The notes under the pieces: model-generated
The model's database searches: none
The model's input: the letters and a program-made list of their open reading frames with translations, nothing else
Told to the model about the DNA's origin: nothing
Translations under genes and position numbers: made by a program
Origin: Candidatus Latescibacterota bacterium
Lineage (GTDB): Bacteria; Latescibacterota; UBA2968; GCA-2709665
Reading direction: 5' to 3'
NCBI GenBank assembly: GCA_965219455.1
Contig: OZ244744.1
Coordinates: forward strand, 4,704,001 to 4,768,000
DNA: 64,000 bases
In this document: in pieces, positions 1-9,386 of the stretch
How positions within the stretch are numbered: the stretch's first letter is position 1
Layout: every line of letters begins with the position of its first letter

Positions 1-1
1 C

Positions 2-298
2 GATCCGCAGGGAACGACCCTGGCAAAGAGCAACAACTACCAGAGTTGGGCCACGGCGCGCATCAATCTGGACTTTGAAGTGGTACATCTCGACAAGAAT
101 CGAGCCAGGTTCGACGATATCCATCGTCAATACGGCGAGGCCGTGCGTATTGTCACGACCGGGGAGGTGGGCACTTCGGTGATCTACAGCGAGACTGCGG
201 AGCGCACCGCAGCCGATATCGTCGATGAGTTCGAGTTGGTGCGGCTGGACGATTACTTTGATTGGTCGCGGCAACTGCGGACGGAGCATCTGGCGTGA
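2..298 (+). CDS. C-terminal part of a probable carbon-nitrogen hydrolase family protein (runs off window start)
   Basis: Open frame from base 2: DPQGTTLAKSNNYQSWATARINLDFEVVHLD...LDDYF, resembling CN-hydrolase C-termini. Confidence 0.55.
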   Translation, partial: DPQGTTLAKSNNYQSWATARINLDFEVVHLDKNRARFDDIHRQYGEAVRIVTTGEVGTSVIYSETAERTAADIVDEFELVRLDDYFDWSRQLRTEHLA

Positions 299-368
299 GT
301 TCTGCTATGCACCACGACGGAGCAATGCTAAGGATTGCTCTTGCATCACAACGAAAACCGGTTAGGCT

Positions 369-1235
369 ATGCAAGTCGCGTTTCTCGGTACATCCGCCGC
401 GCCTTCGATGCCAAACCCTTTCTGCGTGTGTCAGGCCTGCTCCGGCGCGAGGCGGGCGGGCGGCAGGAATCTTCGCAGGCGGTCGTCCATCGCAATCGAC
501 GATGACCTGCTGGTGGACATCGGACCGGATATCGCGACTGCGTCGTTCGATCACGGCGTCTGTCTTGCGGGCATCGGAGTCTGCCTCCTGACGCATGCCC
601 ACGAGGACCACTTCGATCCCGAATTCCTCATGGCCAGACACAAGGATTACGGGACCGTCGTCGCGAAGGACATGGTTCTGGCAGGATCAATCGACACGCT
701 GAGAGCCATTGACACGGACCTGGCCGGGAGATGCGAGTATGGAAGTATTTTCGATCGAGACACCCGGCGTGCCCTGAAAATCGATCCTTTGAAGGTCGAA
801 GCATTCAAGAAGCAGGTCATCGGCAAATACCGTATCACAGGGTATCCCGCGAACCACGGCTCCGTAAAGGGCGCTATGCTGTATGCGATCGAGCAGGGAC
901 CGCATGCCATTTTCTACGGGACCCATACGTCGGTGCTACCGGAGCATATATGGGAGCATCTCGTGTTTACAGGAACGCGGTTCGATCTGCTCATCCTGGA
1001 TCACACGTACGGCATCGGCTTTGACGTCAGTCCGCCCGATCATCTTGCGTCCGTTGATGTAATCGGTCACGTGGCTCGATTTCGGCAAAGCGGGCTTCTC
1101 AAGGATCGTGCGCAGGCATACGCGACGCATATTTCCCACGAGGGATACCTGGAACACGATGAATTGGACAGGTATGCCGCCTCAAATGGGTACAGAATCG
1201 CATTTGACGGTTTGTCGCTGACAATCGATGGGTGA
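369..1235 (+). CDS. MBL-fold metallo-hydrolase, PhnP-like
   Basis: FLGT, CxCxxC, RRRSS, THAHEDH (HxHxDH), NHG, THISH motifs. Confidence 0.85.
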   Translation: MQVAFLGTSAAPSMPNPFCVCQACSGARRAGGRNLRRRSSIAIDDDLLVDIGPDIATASFDHGVCLAGIGVCLLTHAHEDHFDPEFLMARHKDYGTVVAKDMVLAGSIDTLRAIDTDLAGRCEYGSIFDRDTRRALKIDPLKVEAFKKQVIGKYRITGYPANHGSVKGAMLYAIEQGPHAIFYGTHTSVLPEHIWEHLVFTGTRFDLLILDHTYGIGFDVSPPDHLASVDVIGHVARFRQSGLLKDRAQAYATHISHEGYLEHDELDRYAASNGYRIAFDGLSLTIDG

Positions 1236-1288
1236 CTGCGGGCCGCTTCGCCGCGCCGGCTGCGCAAATGAGTACAAATGAGGATGTA

Positions 1289-2380
1289 ATGGAAGAGATC
1301 CGCCCCATCCGCGAGTCAGAACTCGACGAACTCCTCGACTTGATCTGCGCCGTGCACAACCCCAACGGCCGCGAGCGCTACCGGGGGTACATCGAAGGCG
1401 ATCCGACGTGGCGTACGTCACAATCTCCAGTCGTCGTTGTCGACGGCCGGATTGTGTCGACGCTGCGGATCTGGGAACGCCGGGTCCACGTTGGCGCCAC
1501 GCACTTCCGAATGGGCGGTGTGGGCGGTGTCACCACTCATCCCGACTACCGGAAACGCGGCATAGCCACGCGGCTGATGGAGCATGCGGCGGATTACATG
1601 CGCGACGATGGCTACGACCTGGGTCTGCTGTTCACGGAGATTCCGGCAGGTTTCTACCGTCGCCTCGGCTGGTGCTGCGTGCCACTCACGGGTTTTCACG
1701 CAGAGTTGCGACGTCCTGCGAAGCGGGGGCGGTCGGCACTTGAGGTCCTGCCATTCGATGAGAGCCGCGACCTGGAGGAGACGGTAATGCTCTATCGCCG
1801 CCACAACGCCGGTCGTAGCGGCAGCCTCGCGCGTCCACGTCCGTACTGGGACTACACACCGTCCCGCGTGCGGGGCGTGTTGCCCACTACCGTCGTCAGT
1901 GGCCCGGCGGGACTCTGCGGGTACATCAATTGGGAGAGAGACGACGAACGTGCTGAGGTGTATGAGGTCGCTTATGAGAGCGGCCCGGCCCTCGATGCCC
2001 TTGTGCAGTTCCTGCTCGACGAGTGCTCAGAGGCCGGAGTGACGCAGATCCACGGCGAGATTCCCCATACTCACCCTTTTGTCGACGCCCTGGTCGTTGC
2101 CTCTGACGCTGATCTGGAACTCACGGGCGATAACTCGATGATGGCCCTGCCCTTCGACCTCGGTTCGATGATCGACAGGGTTGTTCCCGAAGCCGGTGAG
2201 TTGGCGCCCGGGCTGCCGGCCGATCTGATGTGCCGGCTCCTGTTTGGCGAGTCATCCGGCCCCGATGTGGAGCCCATCCTTCGCGCCCGCGGGATCTCGC
2301 TGGAGGCCGGGGAATCCCGCCAGCTCGAGGAGTGGTTCCCTCGCCGCGAGGTCATTTTCTGGGCGCCGGACCACTTCTGA
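1289..2380 (+). CDS. GNAT acetyltransferase, Eis-like tandem GNAT
   Basis: MGGVGGVTTHPDYRKRGIATRLM acetyl-CoA motif, FYRRLGW; GAGGA RBS before ATG 1289 (alternative start 1268). Confidence 0.85.
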   Translation: MEEIRPIRESELDELLDLICAVHNPNGRERYRGYIEGDPTWRTSQSPVVVVDGRIVSTLRIWERRVHVGATHFRMGGVGGVTTHPDYRKRGIATRLMEHAADYMRDDGYDLGLLFTEIPAGFYRRLGWCCVPLTGFHAELRRPAKRGRSALEVLPFDESRDLEETVMLYRRHNAGRSGSLARPRPYWDYTPSRVRGVLPTTVVSGPAGLCGYINWERDDERAEVYEVAYESGPALDALVQFLLDECSEAGVTQIHGEIPHTHPFVDALVVASDADLELTGDNSMMALPFDLGSMIDRVVPEAGELAPGLPADLMCRLLFGESSGPDVEPILRARGISLEAGESRQLEEWFPRREVIFWAPDHF

Positions 2381-2471
2381 TGTCCCGCGTGTCCATCTCG
2401 CCAAAAACACCGGACCGGGTCATCCGATACGAGCGGTCCCGCCTACGGCTGGGCCGAACAGGAGTGCGGCG

Positions 2472-3407
2472 GTGGAAATTTTCGAGCGTCCCGGACGGGT
2501 ATCGCGAACAGACGCGGTCTTGCGAGCGATTCTCGACGCTGCAAACCGGACGGAAGAGATCACTTCGATCGCCAGCAATGTCGAACTCTTCGTCCAGGAA
2601 TACGGATTGATCGCGGCCCATCTCCGGGGTTTGCACCGGGAGACAGGCCTTGTCGTCATTGTCAAGGTTGGCACCAGCGCGCGGGAAAATTTCTGGTGCA
2701 GGGAACTCCATCGACTTTGCCCCGACCTGGCGCCGAGGGTCTATGCCGCAGGTTCCCGCCTGGGCGATATCGACGTACATTGGCTGGCATCGGAAGCCAT
2801 ACCGTATGGGCCCCTGGGTGATTCCTGGAACGGCAGGGAATTCGAATTGATGCTCGACGCGGGGATTCGCTTCTATCAGCAGGCGAAGCTGATTGAAGAT
2901 CCCACGCTGAATGTCACCACGTCAACGGAAGTTGCCGGCTGGCTCGAGGGAGCGCTCAGGCAGCGTTGTCCGGGTGCCGTCCATGTACTTCTATCGAGAA
3001 TCGACGACCATTGGAACTTTGTCCTTGAGAAGTGTGAATCCGAGACCTGCTTCGATGACTTTCACCTGTGCAACGGATTGATGAGAGATCCTCCGCCTGA
3101 TGGAGAGCGTGCGGTTCTGATCGATATCCACCCGAATCGCCGCCCGTGGATCCTGGATCCGGCTTATCTCCAGGTGTTGAATTCGGGAGACAGGAATCGT
3201 CCGGGGCATCGGGACCTCGTCCACAGAATGGCCGTCAAACGCCGCGACGCGGGACTCAGGAGCCTCGAGGGTTCGGACCTGGTTGCGGCTACGAAAATCG
3301 CGCTGGGTTGGATGGCCGCCCGTCAATGGCAACCTGACCAGGCGGATTCGCAACCTGATTATCGCGAAGCGTATCAAGAGTTCATTGACAGCGCCGTTGA
3401 AGCGTAA
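2472..3407 (+). CDS. Aminoglycoside/choline phosphotransferase-like (APH-fold) protein
   Basis: VIVKV, APRVY, FDDFHLCN (HGDxxxxN-like), VLID; AGGAG RBS before GTG 2472. Confidence 0.65.
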   Translation: MEIFERPGRVSRTDAVLRAILDAANRTEEITSIASNVELFVQEYGLIAAHLRGLHRETGLVVIVKVGTSARENFWCRELHRLCPDLAPRVYAAGSRLGDIDVHWLASEAIPYGPLGDSWNGREFELMLDAGIRFYQQAKLIEDPTLNVTTSTEVAGWLEGALRQRCPGAVHVLLSRIDDHWNFVLEKCESETCFDDFHLCNGLMRDPPPDGERAVLIDIHPNRRPWILDPAYLQVLNSGDRNRPGHRDLVHRMAVKRRDAGLRSLEGSDLVAATKIALGWMAARQWQPDQADSQPDYREAYQEFIDSAVEA

Positions 3408-3714
3408 ATGGCTTCCAGGCATCTCTGGTCAGCGGGTCGGATTTAACCCGTCTAAAAGGTTGTTGGAACTCTATCGAGAAGGTATCCAAGTCTCTATTGG
3501 GGCCTTTGAAAGTCCTGATACATCCAACACCGTTCGACGCTCGTTCGCCCGCTCCGTCGGTCTCTATTTTAGACGGGTAATTGTCTCACAATAGATGGGA
3601 ACGTAAGGGGTACCTGTTGACCAATATGGCAATTGGAAGCCGTGGAGTTTATCTTCCGAATATGCGTGTGTTTTCCACGAAGACAGATCACCGTAGAATT
3701 CGAAAAATGTAGCC

Positions 3715-4623
3715 GTGACCCTCACCGCCGTCATCCTGATTCTCATCTCGGCCTTCACTCACGTAGGCTGGAACTTACTGGGTAAGCGGGAACAGCCCTC
3801 CGCTGCCTTCTTTCTGTTGGCCAACACACTTGGTTTTCTGTGTTTGTTGCCTACGCCTGTCCTGTTCGGTTCCGCAATTCCAGCCTTCCCTGCCTCAGTT
3901 TGGCTGTTGCTTGCCGCAACAGGATTTGTTCAGGCCCTCTACATGCTCGGGTTGGCTAACGCCTACCGCAGGGGAGACCTTTCCGTAGTCTATCCCATCG
4001 CACGGTCCTCTCCAATCATCGTTGTAATGATTGTCATACTTTTTCTTAAACGATCAGACCAGGTCAGCGCACAATGCATCTGTGGGATTGTACTGGTAGT
4101 GGTTGGGATGTTTGTCCTGCCCATGAAGAGCTTTGGCGATTTTCGAATTGGCAACTACCTGAATTCATCCGTATTATTTGCATTGTCGGCCGCCTTCGCA
4201 ACGGCGGGCTATACGATCATCGATGACGAAGCTTTGCGACGCCTGAGAGAACCTTCCGCCCTTCCCATTGCAACGTGGCAGGTTGCGATGTTATACGCAT
4301 TTTTCGAGGGCCTCACCACCTCTCTCTGGCTGGGGACGTGGGTTCTATTTCGAGATCGGGGTCGCAAGGTTGTGCGGGAAATTCTGAAAACGCGGCCATC
4401 CCAAGCCTTACTGGCGGGGATGGGCATGTTTGCCACTTATACTTTGGTTCTGATCAGTCTCGGCTTTGTCTCGAACGTCAGCTATGTCGTTGCATTTCGG
4501 CAGATCAGCGTTCCTTTGGGCACTGTTTTGGGTATCCTCATTCTCAAAGAACCCGCATATGTTTCCAAGTATATTGGCGTCGTCGTGGTATTTGCGGGGC
4601 TCGTTCTTGTCGGGACGGGATAA
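3715..4623 (+). CDS. EamA/DMT family transporter
   Basis: About 10 hydrophobic helices; AYRRGDLSVVYPIARSSP; VSYVVAFRQIS...LKE. Confidence 0.9.
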   Translation: MTLTAVILILISAFTHVGWNLLGKREQPSAAFFLLANTLGFLCLLPTPVLFGSAIPAFPASVWLLLAATGFVQALYMLGLANAYRRGDLSVVYPIARSSPIIVVMIVILFLKRSDQVSAQCICGIVLVVVGMFVLPMKSFGDFRIGNYLNSSVLFALSAAFATAGYTIIDDEALRRLREPSALPIATWQVAMLYAFFEGLTTSLWLGTWVLFRDRGRKVVREILKTRPSQALLAGMGMFATYTLVLISLGFVSNVSYVVAFRQISVPLGTVLGILILKEPAYVSKYIGVVVVFAGLVLVGTG

Positions 4624-5057
4624 GAGCGTAGAACCCCATTTTGTCAGCAATTGTGCTTCTCCAACCCATAGGGATGTAGATCAGAAAGATGTTTTGCCTA
4701 TTTCAAAGTGAGACAATCGGTGCGGCTTTTAGCACCCGTAGCGAGTTTGTGTTTGTACACTGATGCTGGACCGTCGATGGTTGGTTCAGAGGTTGTTTGT
4801 TCGGGCCGCACAGTCCGTCGGAAATCACTACCGATTTCCGGTAGAAAAAACGGAAAGAGCGTTGTCTTTCCTCGCGCACGTCAGCGAGTTGCCACGCGAT
4901 GCGCAGATGATATTTCAGGGTTCCGACGAGGAGAACGTTTAACGAGGCGTTCCGGGGGAGGTTCGAGGATCCGCTTGAAGGGCTTCATCACAGATAGAAA
5001 TCGTGAAATGGAGACCGTTGTCGGCCCAATGTCGGGATTGAGCGGGAGCGTTGATCG

Positions 5058-5462
5058 ATGCCATCGCATTACGTGAAAGCGGGCGTCGCCGGGGTGATTC
5101 TCAGAGGTGACCGAATCGTGCTGGTTCGGCGGAAGTACGGGGCGAACAGGGGGAAATGGTGTATTCCTTGCGGCAACGTGGAGGTTGGCGAGGACGTCCG
5201 AACGGCCGTGCAACGCGAGATTAAGGAAGAGACGGGTCTGGACGTGGAAGTAGGTGACGTCCTGGACGTGCTCTCGACACATCACTCGCCCGAGCGAAGC
5301 GTCGTTGGCGTCTACTTCTTCGTCAAGGAAAAAGGGGGCGACCTCGTTGCCGGAGACGATGCCGCTCAAGTCGAGCTGTTTCCTCTTGGGCAGCTGCCGG
5401 CGGGCATGGCATTCGAGGCGGATCGAAAGATCATCGAGCGTCTGATAATCAGGAAGGCGTGA
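5058..5462 (+). CDS. NUDIX hydrolase
   Basis: Nudix box GNVEVGEDVRTAVQREIKEETGL; AGDDA. Confidence 0.9.
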   Translation: MPSHYVKAGVAGVILRGDRIVLVRRKYGANRGKWCIPCGNVEVGEDVRTAVQREIKEETGLDVEVGDVLDVLSTHHSPERSVVGVYFFVKEKGGDLVAGDDAAQVELFPLGQLPAGMAFEADRKIIERLIIRKA

Positions 5463-5483
5463 AGGAATCGCGAAAGTAGATCA

Positions 5484-6344
5484 ATGCCATTTACATCCAT
5501 AAACGGCTTCAGGATGTTCTACGACGTCCGTGGGGAGGGGGACGTCGTGGTGTTCATCCACGGAGGATTTCCCTCCCTCGACATGCATCTCCGCGCCAAT
5601 TCGAACGGCGTATGGGGATGGGAGATGGATTTTACGTCGGAATTACGTTACGTGATGTACGACCGCCGGGGCTGCTGGCTGTCTGCTCGTCCGGAGTGCG
5701 GCTACGACCTGGAGAATCAGGCGCGTGACCTGGCCGAACTGCTGGACCACCTCGAAATCGAAAGAGCTCACGTGATCGGTTCCTCAGCCGGGGGTCCGAT
5801 TGCAATCCTCTTTGCAGCGCGCAATCCGGAGCGAGTCAAGACACTCGTATTGGCCGGGACCGCGGTGCATCTCTGGCCGGATGAAGACCCGGTTGCCCGC
5901 ATTATCAAAAAACAGTTGGAAATCCTTTATAATCAGGGTGATACATTAGCATGGTACAATCGGCCCGATGGTGTAGAGCTCTCTCTCGACGTTCTCTGGG
6001 AACGTGACGAGATGGAGGAGCGGGGAACGCTGGCGGAGTACGAGGCGCGAGTTAAAAGCCTTGTGGCGAGATCCAGCCTGCAGGAACGCATTGAGTGGTA
6101 CGGGACCCAGTTGAGATCGATTGACGCGTACCGTGACAGAGATTTATCTGTCGAATGCGGTCGGATCCGAGCGCCCACTCTCGTGGTTCACGGTGCCCGG
6201 GACAGGGAAGTGCCCCTGGATTGGGGCAGGGAACTGGCAGCGAAGATTCCCGGCGCCGAATTTCGGGTATATCCGGACAAGCCCCACAGCGTGGTCCACG
6301 GAAGCAAGAAAGTTCGCGAAGATCTGATGGCGTTCTTCCGGTAA
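5484..6344 (+). CDS. Alpha/beta hydrolase
   Basis: HGG, YDRRG, GSSAGG nucleophile elbow, PTLVVHGARD, C-terminal His. Confidence 0.9.
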   Translation: MPFTSINGFRMFYDVRGEGDVVVFIHGGFPSLDMHLRANSNGVWGWEMDFTSELRYVMYDRRGCWLSARPECGYDLENQARDLAELLDHLEIERAHVIGSSAGGPIAILFAARNPERVKTLVLAGTAVHLWPDEDPVARIIKKQLEILYNQGDTLAWYNRPDGVELSLDVLWERDEMEERGTLAEYEARVKSLVARSSLQERIEWYGTQLRSIDAYRDRDLSVECGRIRAPTLVVHGARDREVPLDWGRELAAKIPGAEFRVYPDKPHSVVHGSKKVREDLMAFFR

Positions 6345-6411
6345 GCGGGCGAGGGCGCTGAATCGCCGCGCGAAGCACACGACGTCATACGAACCCGCAG
6401 AGGTAACACAA

Positions 6412-6957
6412 ATGAGCGCAAGATTCATTGAACATCGACGACACTCGATGAGGACGAAACCGGGCCAGCATCTCTCTCAAGCCGGCGTCGACCTTGCCAG
6501 GCGGGTTGGCGCGGGAATGGCGAGATTCGACAAGGTCTATACCAGTCCTGTCCCGCGCGCATTCGAAACCGGCATTGCCATGGGATATGCGGTAGACCAT
6601 CAGGTCGAACGGCTTGCTTCCATGCCTTCGGACGTGGAGGTTTCCTTTGAGGTCGGATTTGGCGGATTCTCTGCCTACATTAGCGAACATCCGGATAGCG
6701 TCATCGCGAACTTCGCCAGAGAACTGGCCGCGTTTCATCGCGACGTAGTCCGGTCGCTTCCGGAAGGCGGCCGGGGGTTGATAATTTCCCATGGCGGATT
6801 TATCGAAGCCAGCGCGGTCGGTTGCCTGCCCGACGGGGACCACGATACCTGGGGCCCCTCCTCCAACTACTGCGAAGGGGTCAGATTGACGTACGACGAC
6901 GGGTTGTTCACGGAGTGCGAGATCCTCCGGATCCCGGGCACAATCCTTCTGAACTAA
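6412..6957 (+). CDS. Histidine phosphatase superfamily protein
   Basis: RRHS, LSQAG, YTSPVPRAFET, ISHGG. Confidence 0.8.
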   Translation: MSARFIEHRRHSMRTKPGQHLSQAGVDLARRVGAGMARFDKVYTSPVPRAFETGIAMGYAVDHQVERLASMPSDVEVSFEVGFGGFSAYISEHPDSVIANFARELAAFHRDVVRSLPEGGRGLIISHGGFIEASAVGCLPDGDHDTWGPSSNYCEGVRLTYDDGLFTECEILRIPGTILLN

Positions 6958-7016
6958 TCCGGTGTTCTGTCCCAATAATAGGTTGATTAAATTCGGCCGG
7001 TGAAGAGCAGCAAATA

Positions 7017-7044
7017 CAGCTATCAGCTTTCAGCAGTCAGCTTG
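7017..7044 (+). repeat. Heptamer tandem repeat (CAGCNNT)x4
   Basis: cagctat cagcttt cagcagt cagcttg; same unit at 26101-26135. Confidence 0.7.
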
Positions 7045-7121
7045 AATCAAAAACGAAAGACAAACAGCAAAGAGCGACCGGCGGAACCACCGCGAATCCA
7101 TCAGATTGATCTCCCTGAAAT

Positions 7122-7254
7122 TCCTTTCGCCCTTTTTCTTGGGCGAAGCAAGAAAAAGGGCAAGGGAATAGGGGACGTTAAGGGTTTGGGGGAGACTTTA
7201 TAGGCGAAAATTGGTCGGAAAGGTGAAGCGCGGGTCCGCCTGGAACGCAGTTCC
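7122..7254 (+). repeat. Structured dispersed repeat, copy A (3' half only)
   Basis: GCCCTTTTTCTTG-ggcgaag-CAAGAAAAAGGGC hairpin at 7129-7161, then AAGGGAATAGGGGACGTTA and GGAACGCAGTTCC tail. Confidence 0.85.
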
Positions 7255-7410
7255 GATTGGCCGAAATAGTTGAGAGTATTGACGTTGGCGGACGACACCG
7301 CAGCGAGACGGGATGAATCGGTGGTCGAATGGTAGGATGTATTCGGGACAGGACACTCGAGCCGACAAGTATCGATCGGTTGACACAGGATAATGCGATG
7401 CTCGTCCCTT

Positions 7411-7439
7411 TTGACAGTCAAATGCCACGCTGCTATAAT
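7411..7439 (+). promoter_or_regulatory. Consensus sigma70 promoter
   Basis: TTGACA-17 bp-TATAAT upstream of the oxidoreductase. Confidence 0.8.
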
Positions 7440-7491
7440 GGGCTGACCGTCCAATGATATGAATCCATGGACCGTCTTCCGCGAGGACCTT

Positions 7492-8550
7492 ATGAGTCCG
7501 ACGAAAGTCGCCGTGATCGGGTGCGGCCAGATCGCGACCTCACAACATCTGCCGGCCTACAGGGAGGCAGCAGATGCCGGGGTCTGCTCGCTTGTGGGCG
7601 TATGCGATCTGGAGCCCAACCGGCTGTCACGGGCCCGCAGACAGTTTGAAGTCGCCGGATTTCAGGACGCGGAAGCGATGCTTGAAAAGACAAAGCCCGA
7701 CGTCGTAAGTATCGCCACGCTGCCCTCGAGTCATCGAGACCTCGCGGTGATGTGCCTGGAGGCGGGATGTCACGTCCTGTGCGAGAAGCCCGTGGCGATG
7801 GATGCGGGCGAGGCCCGGGACATGGTCCACGCCGCCGAAACAAACAACCGACTGCTGAGTATCTGCTTCGAATACCGGACCTGGGACGAGTCTCGGTACC
7901 TGAGAGACCGGATCGCAGACGGCGTCCTCGGTCACGTACACGCCGTTCGGACGTGGGGAGGGTGTGCCTACGGACTGCCGGCGATAGCGTACAGTTCACG
8001 CGGGTCAAACGGCGGCGGCGTTCTCGCACACTGGACGATCCACAATCTTGACCTCGTGCTCTGGCTGCTCGGCAACCCCGAACCGCTGACCGCCAGCGCA
8101 TTCTGCCATCAGCGGGTGTCCGAATACCCGCCGGCAGCCGGACCCCTGGCAGACGACGTCGATCCTACGTCGCTCGATCCGGATTTCGAAGACTTCGGCG
8201 CAGGCTTTATTCGGCTGTCCGGAAACACCATCCTGACCGTGGAAGGGAATTGTTTTCAGGGACCTTCTGACAGACGCGAGGGTTGGGCCTTTCTCGGAGA
8301 CCGGGGTAACGCGTCCATCTCACCACTCAGAATCTGGACCGACGACGGACGATCGTGGCGTGAGGAGACCCCTGCCTTGAAGCCTTGCGACTACGATATG
8401 AGGCAGCTGATCAATGAATTCCTGGGTGCCGTCCGTCAGGGTGAGGCGTCTCCCGTCTCGGGCGGGGAGATCGTTCGAATTCAGCGCCTCATGGACGCGC
8501 TCTACGCTTCGGCTTCATCCGGGCATGAAGTCGCTGTCGCAGGAGCCTGA
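7492..8550 (+). CDS. Gfo/Idh/MocA family oxidoreductase
   Basis: VIGCGQIA Rossmann motif, HVLCEKP, GGGVL..WTIHNLD. Confidence 0.9.
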   Translation: MSPTKVAVIGCGQIATSQHLPAYREAADAGVCSLVGVCDLEPNRLSRARRQFEVAGFQDAEAMLEKTKPDVVSIATLPSSHRDLAVMCLEAGCHVLCEKPVAMDAGEARDMVHAAETNNRLLSICFEYRTWDESRYLRDRIADGVLGHVHAVRTWGGCAYGLPAIAYSSRGSNGGGVLAHWTIHNLDLVLWLLGNPEPLTASAFCHQRVSEYPPAAGPLADDVDPTSLDPDFEDFGAGFIRLSGNTILTVEGNCFQGPSDRREGWAFLGDRGNASISPLRIWTDDGRSWREETPALKPCDYDMRQLINEFLGAVRQGEASPVSGGEIVRIQRLMDALYASASSGHEVAVAGA

Positions 8551-8571
8551 GACATCAGGAGAACACACACG

Positions 8572-9180
8572 ATGGGACTTGTCTACATCGAGTACATCAG
8601 TCGTCTGCCAGGCATCGATCTGGAGACGTTTCGTGCGCAGGCCGCACAGGGACAGGAGGGATGGGACAGCGGCTATGAGGACGAACTGGTCCTGTCCATC
8701 GGCCGCACGTGGCGATTGGGGCCCAGCCCGGGCTACATGACCGTCTGGCACACGCGGAACGCCGGCCTTGAGAGGATAGACGCCTGGGACCGGATCTTTC
8801 GCAGCGGCGAGGCGGACCACCTGGAACAGCCGTTCTTTCAGGTCGCGCAGATCGACGTCGCCGGGTGCTACGATCCGCTGCTCGAACCGGTCCCGGTCCG
8901 CAAAGGTACGTACTACGCCGAGTTTTTCGGTGCCCGCGGCACCACGGATACCGTCAGAAGCTTCTACCAGAGCCGTGCAAAACGGCATCCTGATTTCACG
9001 CTCAATCTCCTCGTACAGAGAATTGGGAAGCTGGCGCCCGAACCCGGCGGCCTGGCCGTCTGGACCATCCCCAATTTCGCAGCGCTGGATTCCATTGCAA
9101 CCGATCTGGACGAACCCAACACCCCGATCAGGCTCTCCGCCGCGGGGACCTATGTGGACTTCGGCAGTGAGATCCTTTGA
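8572..9180 (+). CDS. Hypothetical protein, two similar halves (dimeric alpha+beta barrel-like)
   Basis: AGGAG RBS; YIEY...GRTWRLGPSPGYMTVW vs YAEF...QRIGKLAPEPGGLAVW. Confidence 0.7.
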   Translation: MGLVYIEYISRLPGIDLETFRAQAAQGQEGWDSGYEDELVLSIGRTWRLGPSPGYMTVWHTRNAGLERIDAWDRIFRSGEADHLEQPFFQVAQIDVAGCYDPLLEPVPVRKGTYYAEFFGARGTTDTVRSFYQSRAKRHPDFTLNLLVQRIGKLAPEPGGLAVWTIPNFAALDSIATDLDEPNTPIRLSAAGTYVDFGSEIL

Positions 9181-9386
9181 GACAGCTTCTGAGGCGCGGC
9201 CCGCGGCAAGCCATTGTAAGGGAAAATTGGAATTAATCCGAAATTGCCGGAAGGTCTCTACGCGGCAACTCCATTTGGCCTCTTCAGGCGGAAAATAGAT
9301 TAGACGACTAAAGAGACCAACGCGTGTGTAGGAACAACATTGCCCTTCCCGGGCGCGGGCGACACCGAAACACAGGCTTATATACT

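Larger units (their letters stand above)
6962..7356. mobile_element. Composite MITE-like element (GTGTYCTGTCCC termini) with nested repeats
   Basis: GTGTTCTGTCCC at 6962 vs GGGACAGGACAC at 7345-7356 (11/12 inverted); 7299-7352 matches 11532-11585 at 42/54. Confidence 0.6.

Noticed and set aside
3420-3560. Possible gene tail plus truncated attC
   Set aside because: Only an ATCCAAC box, with no matching R' or stem; too weak to call
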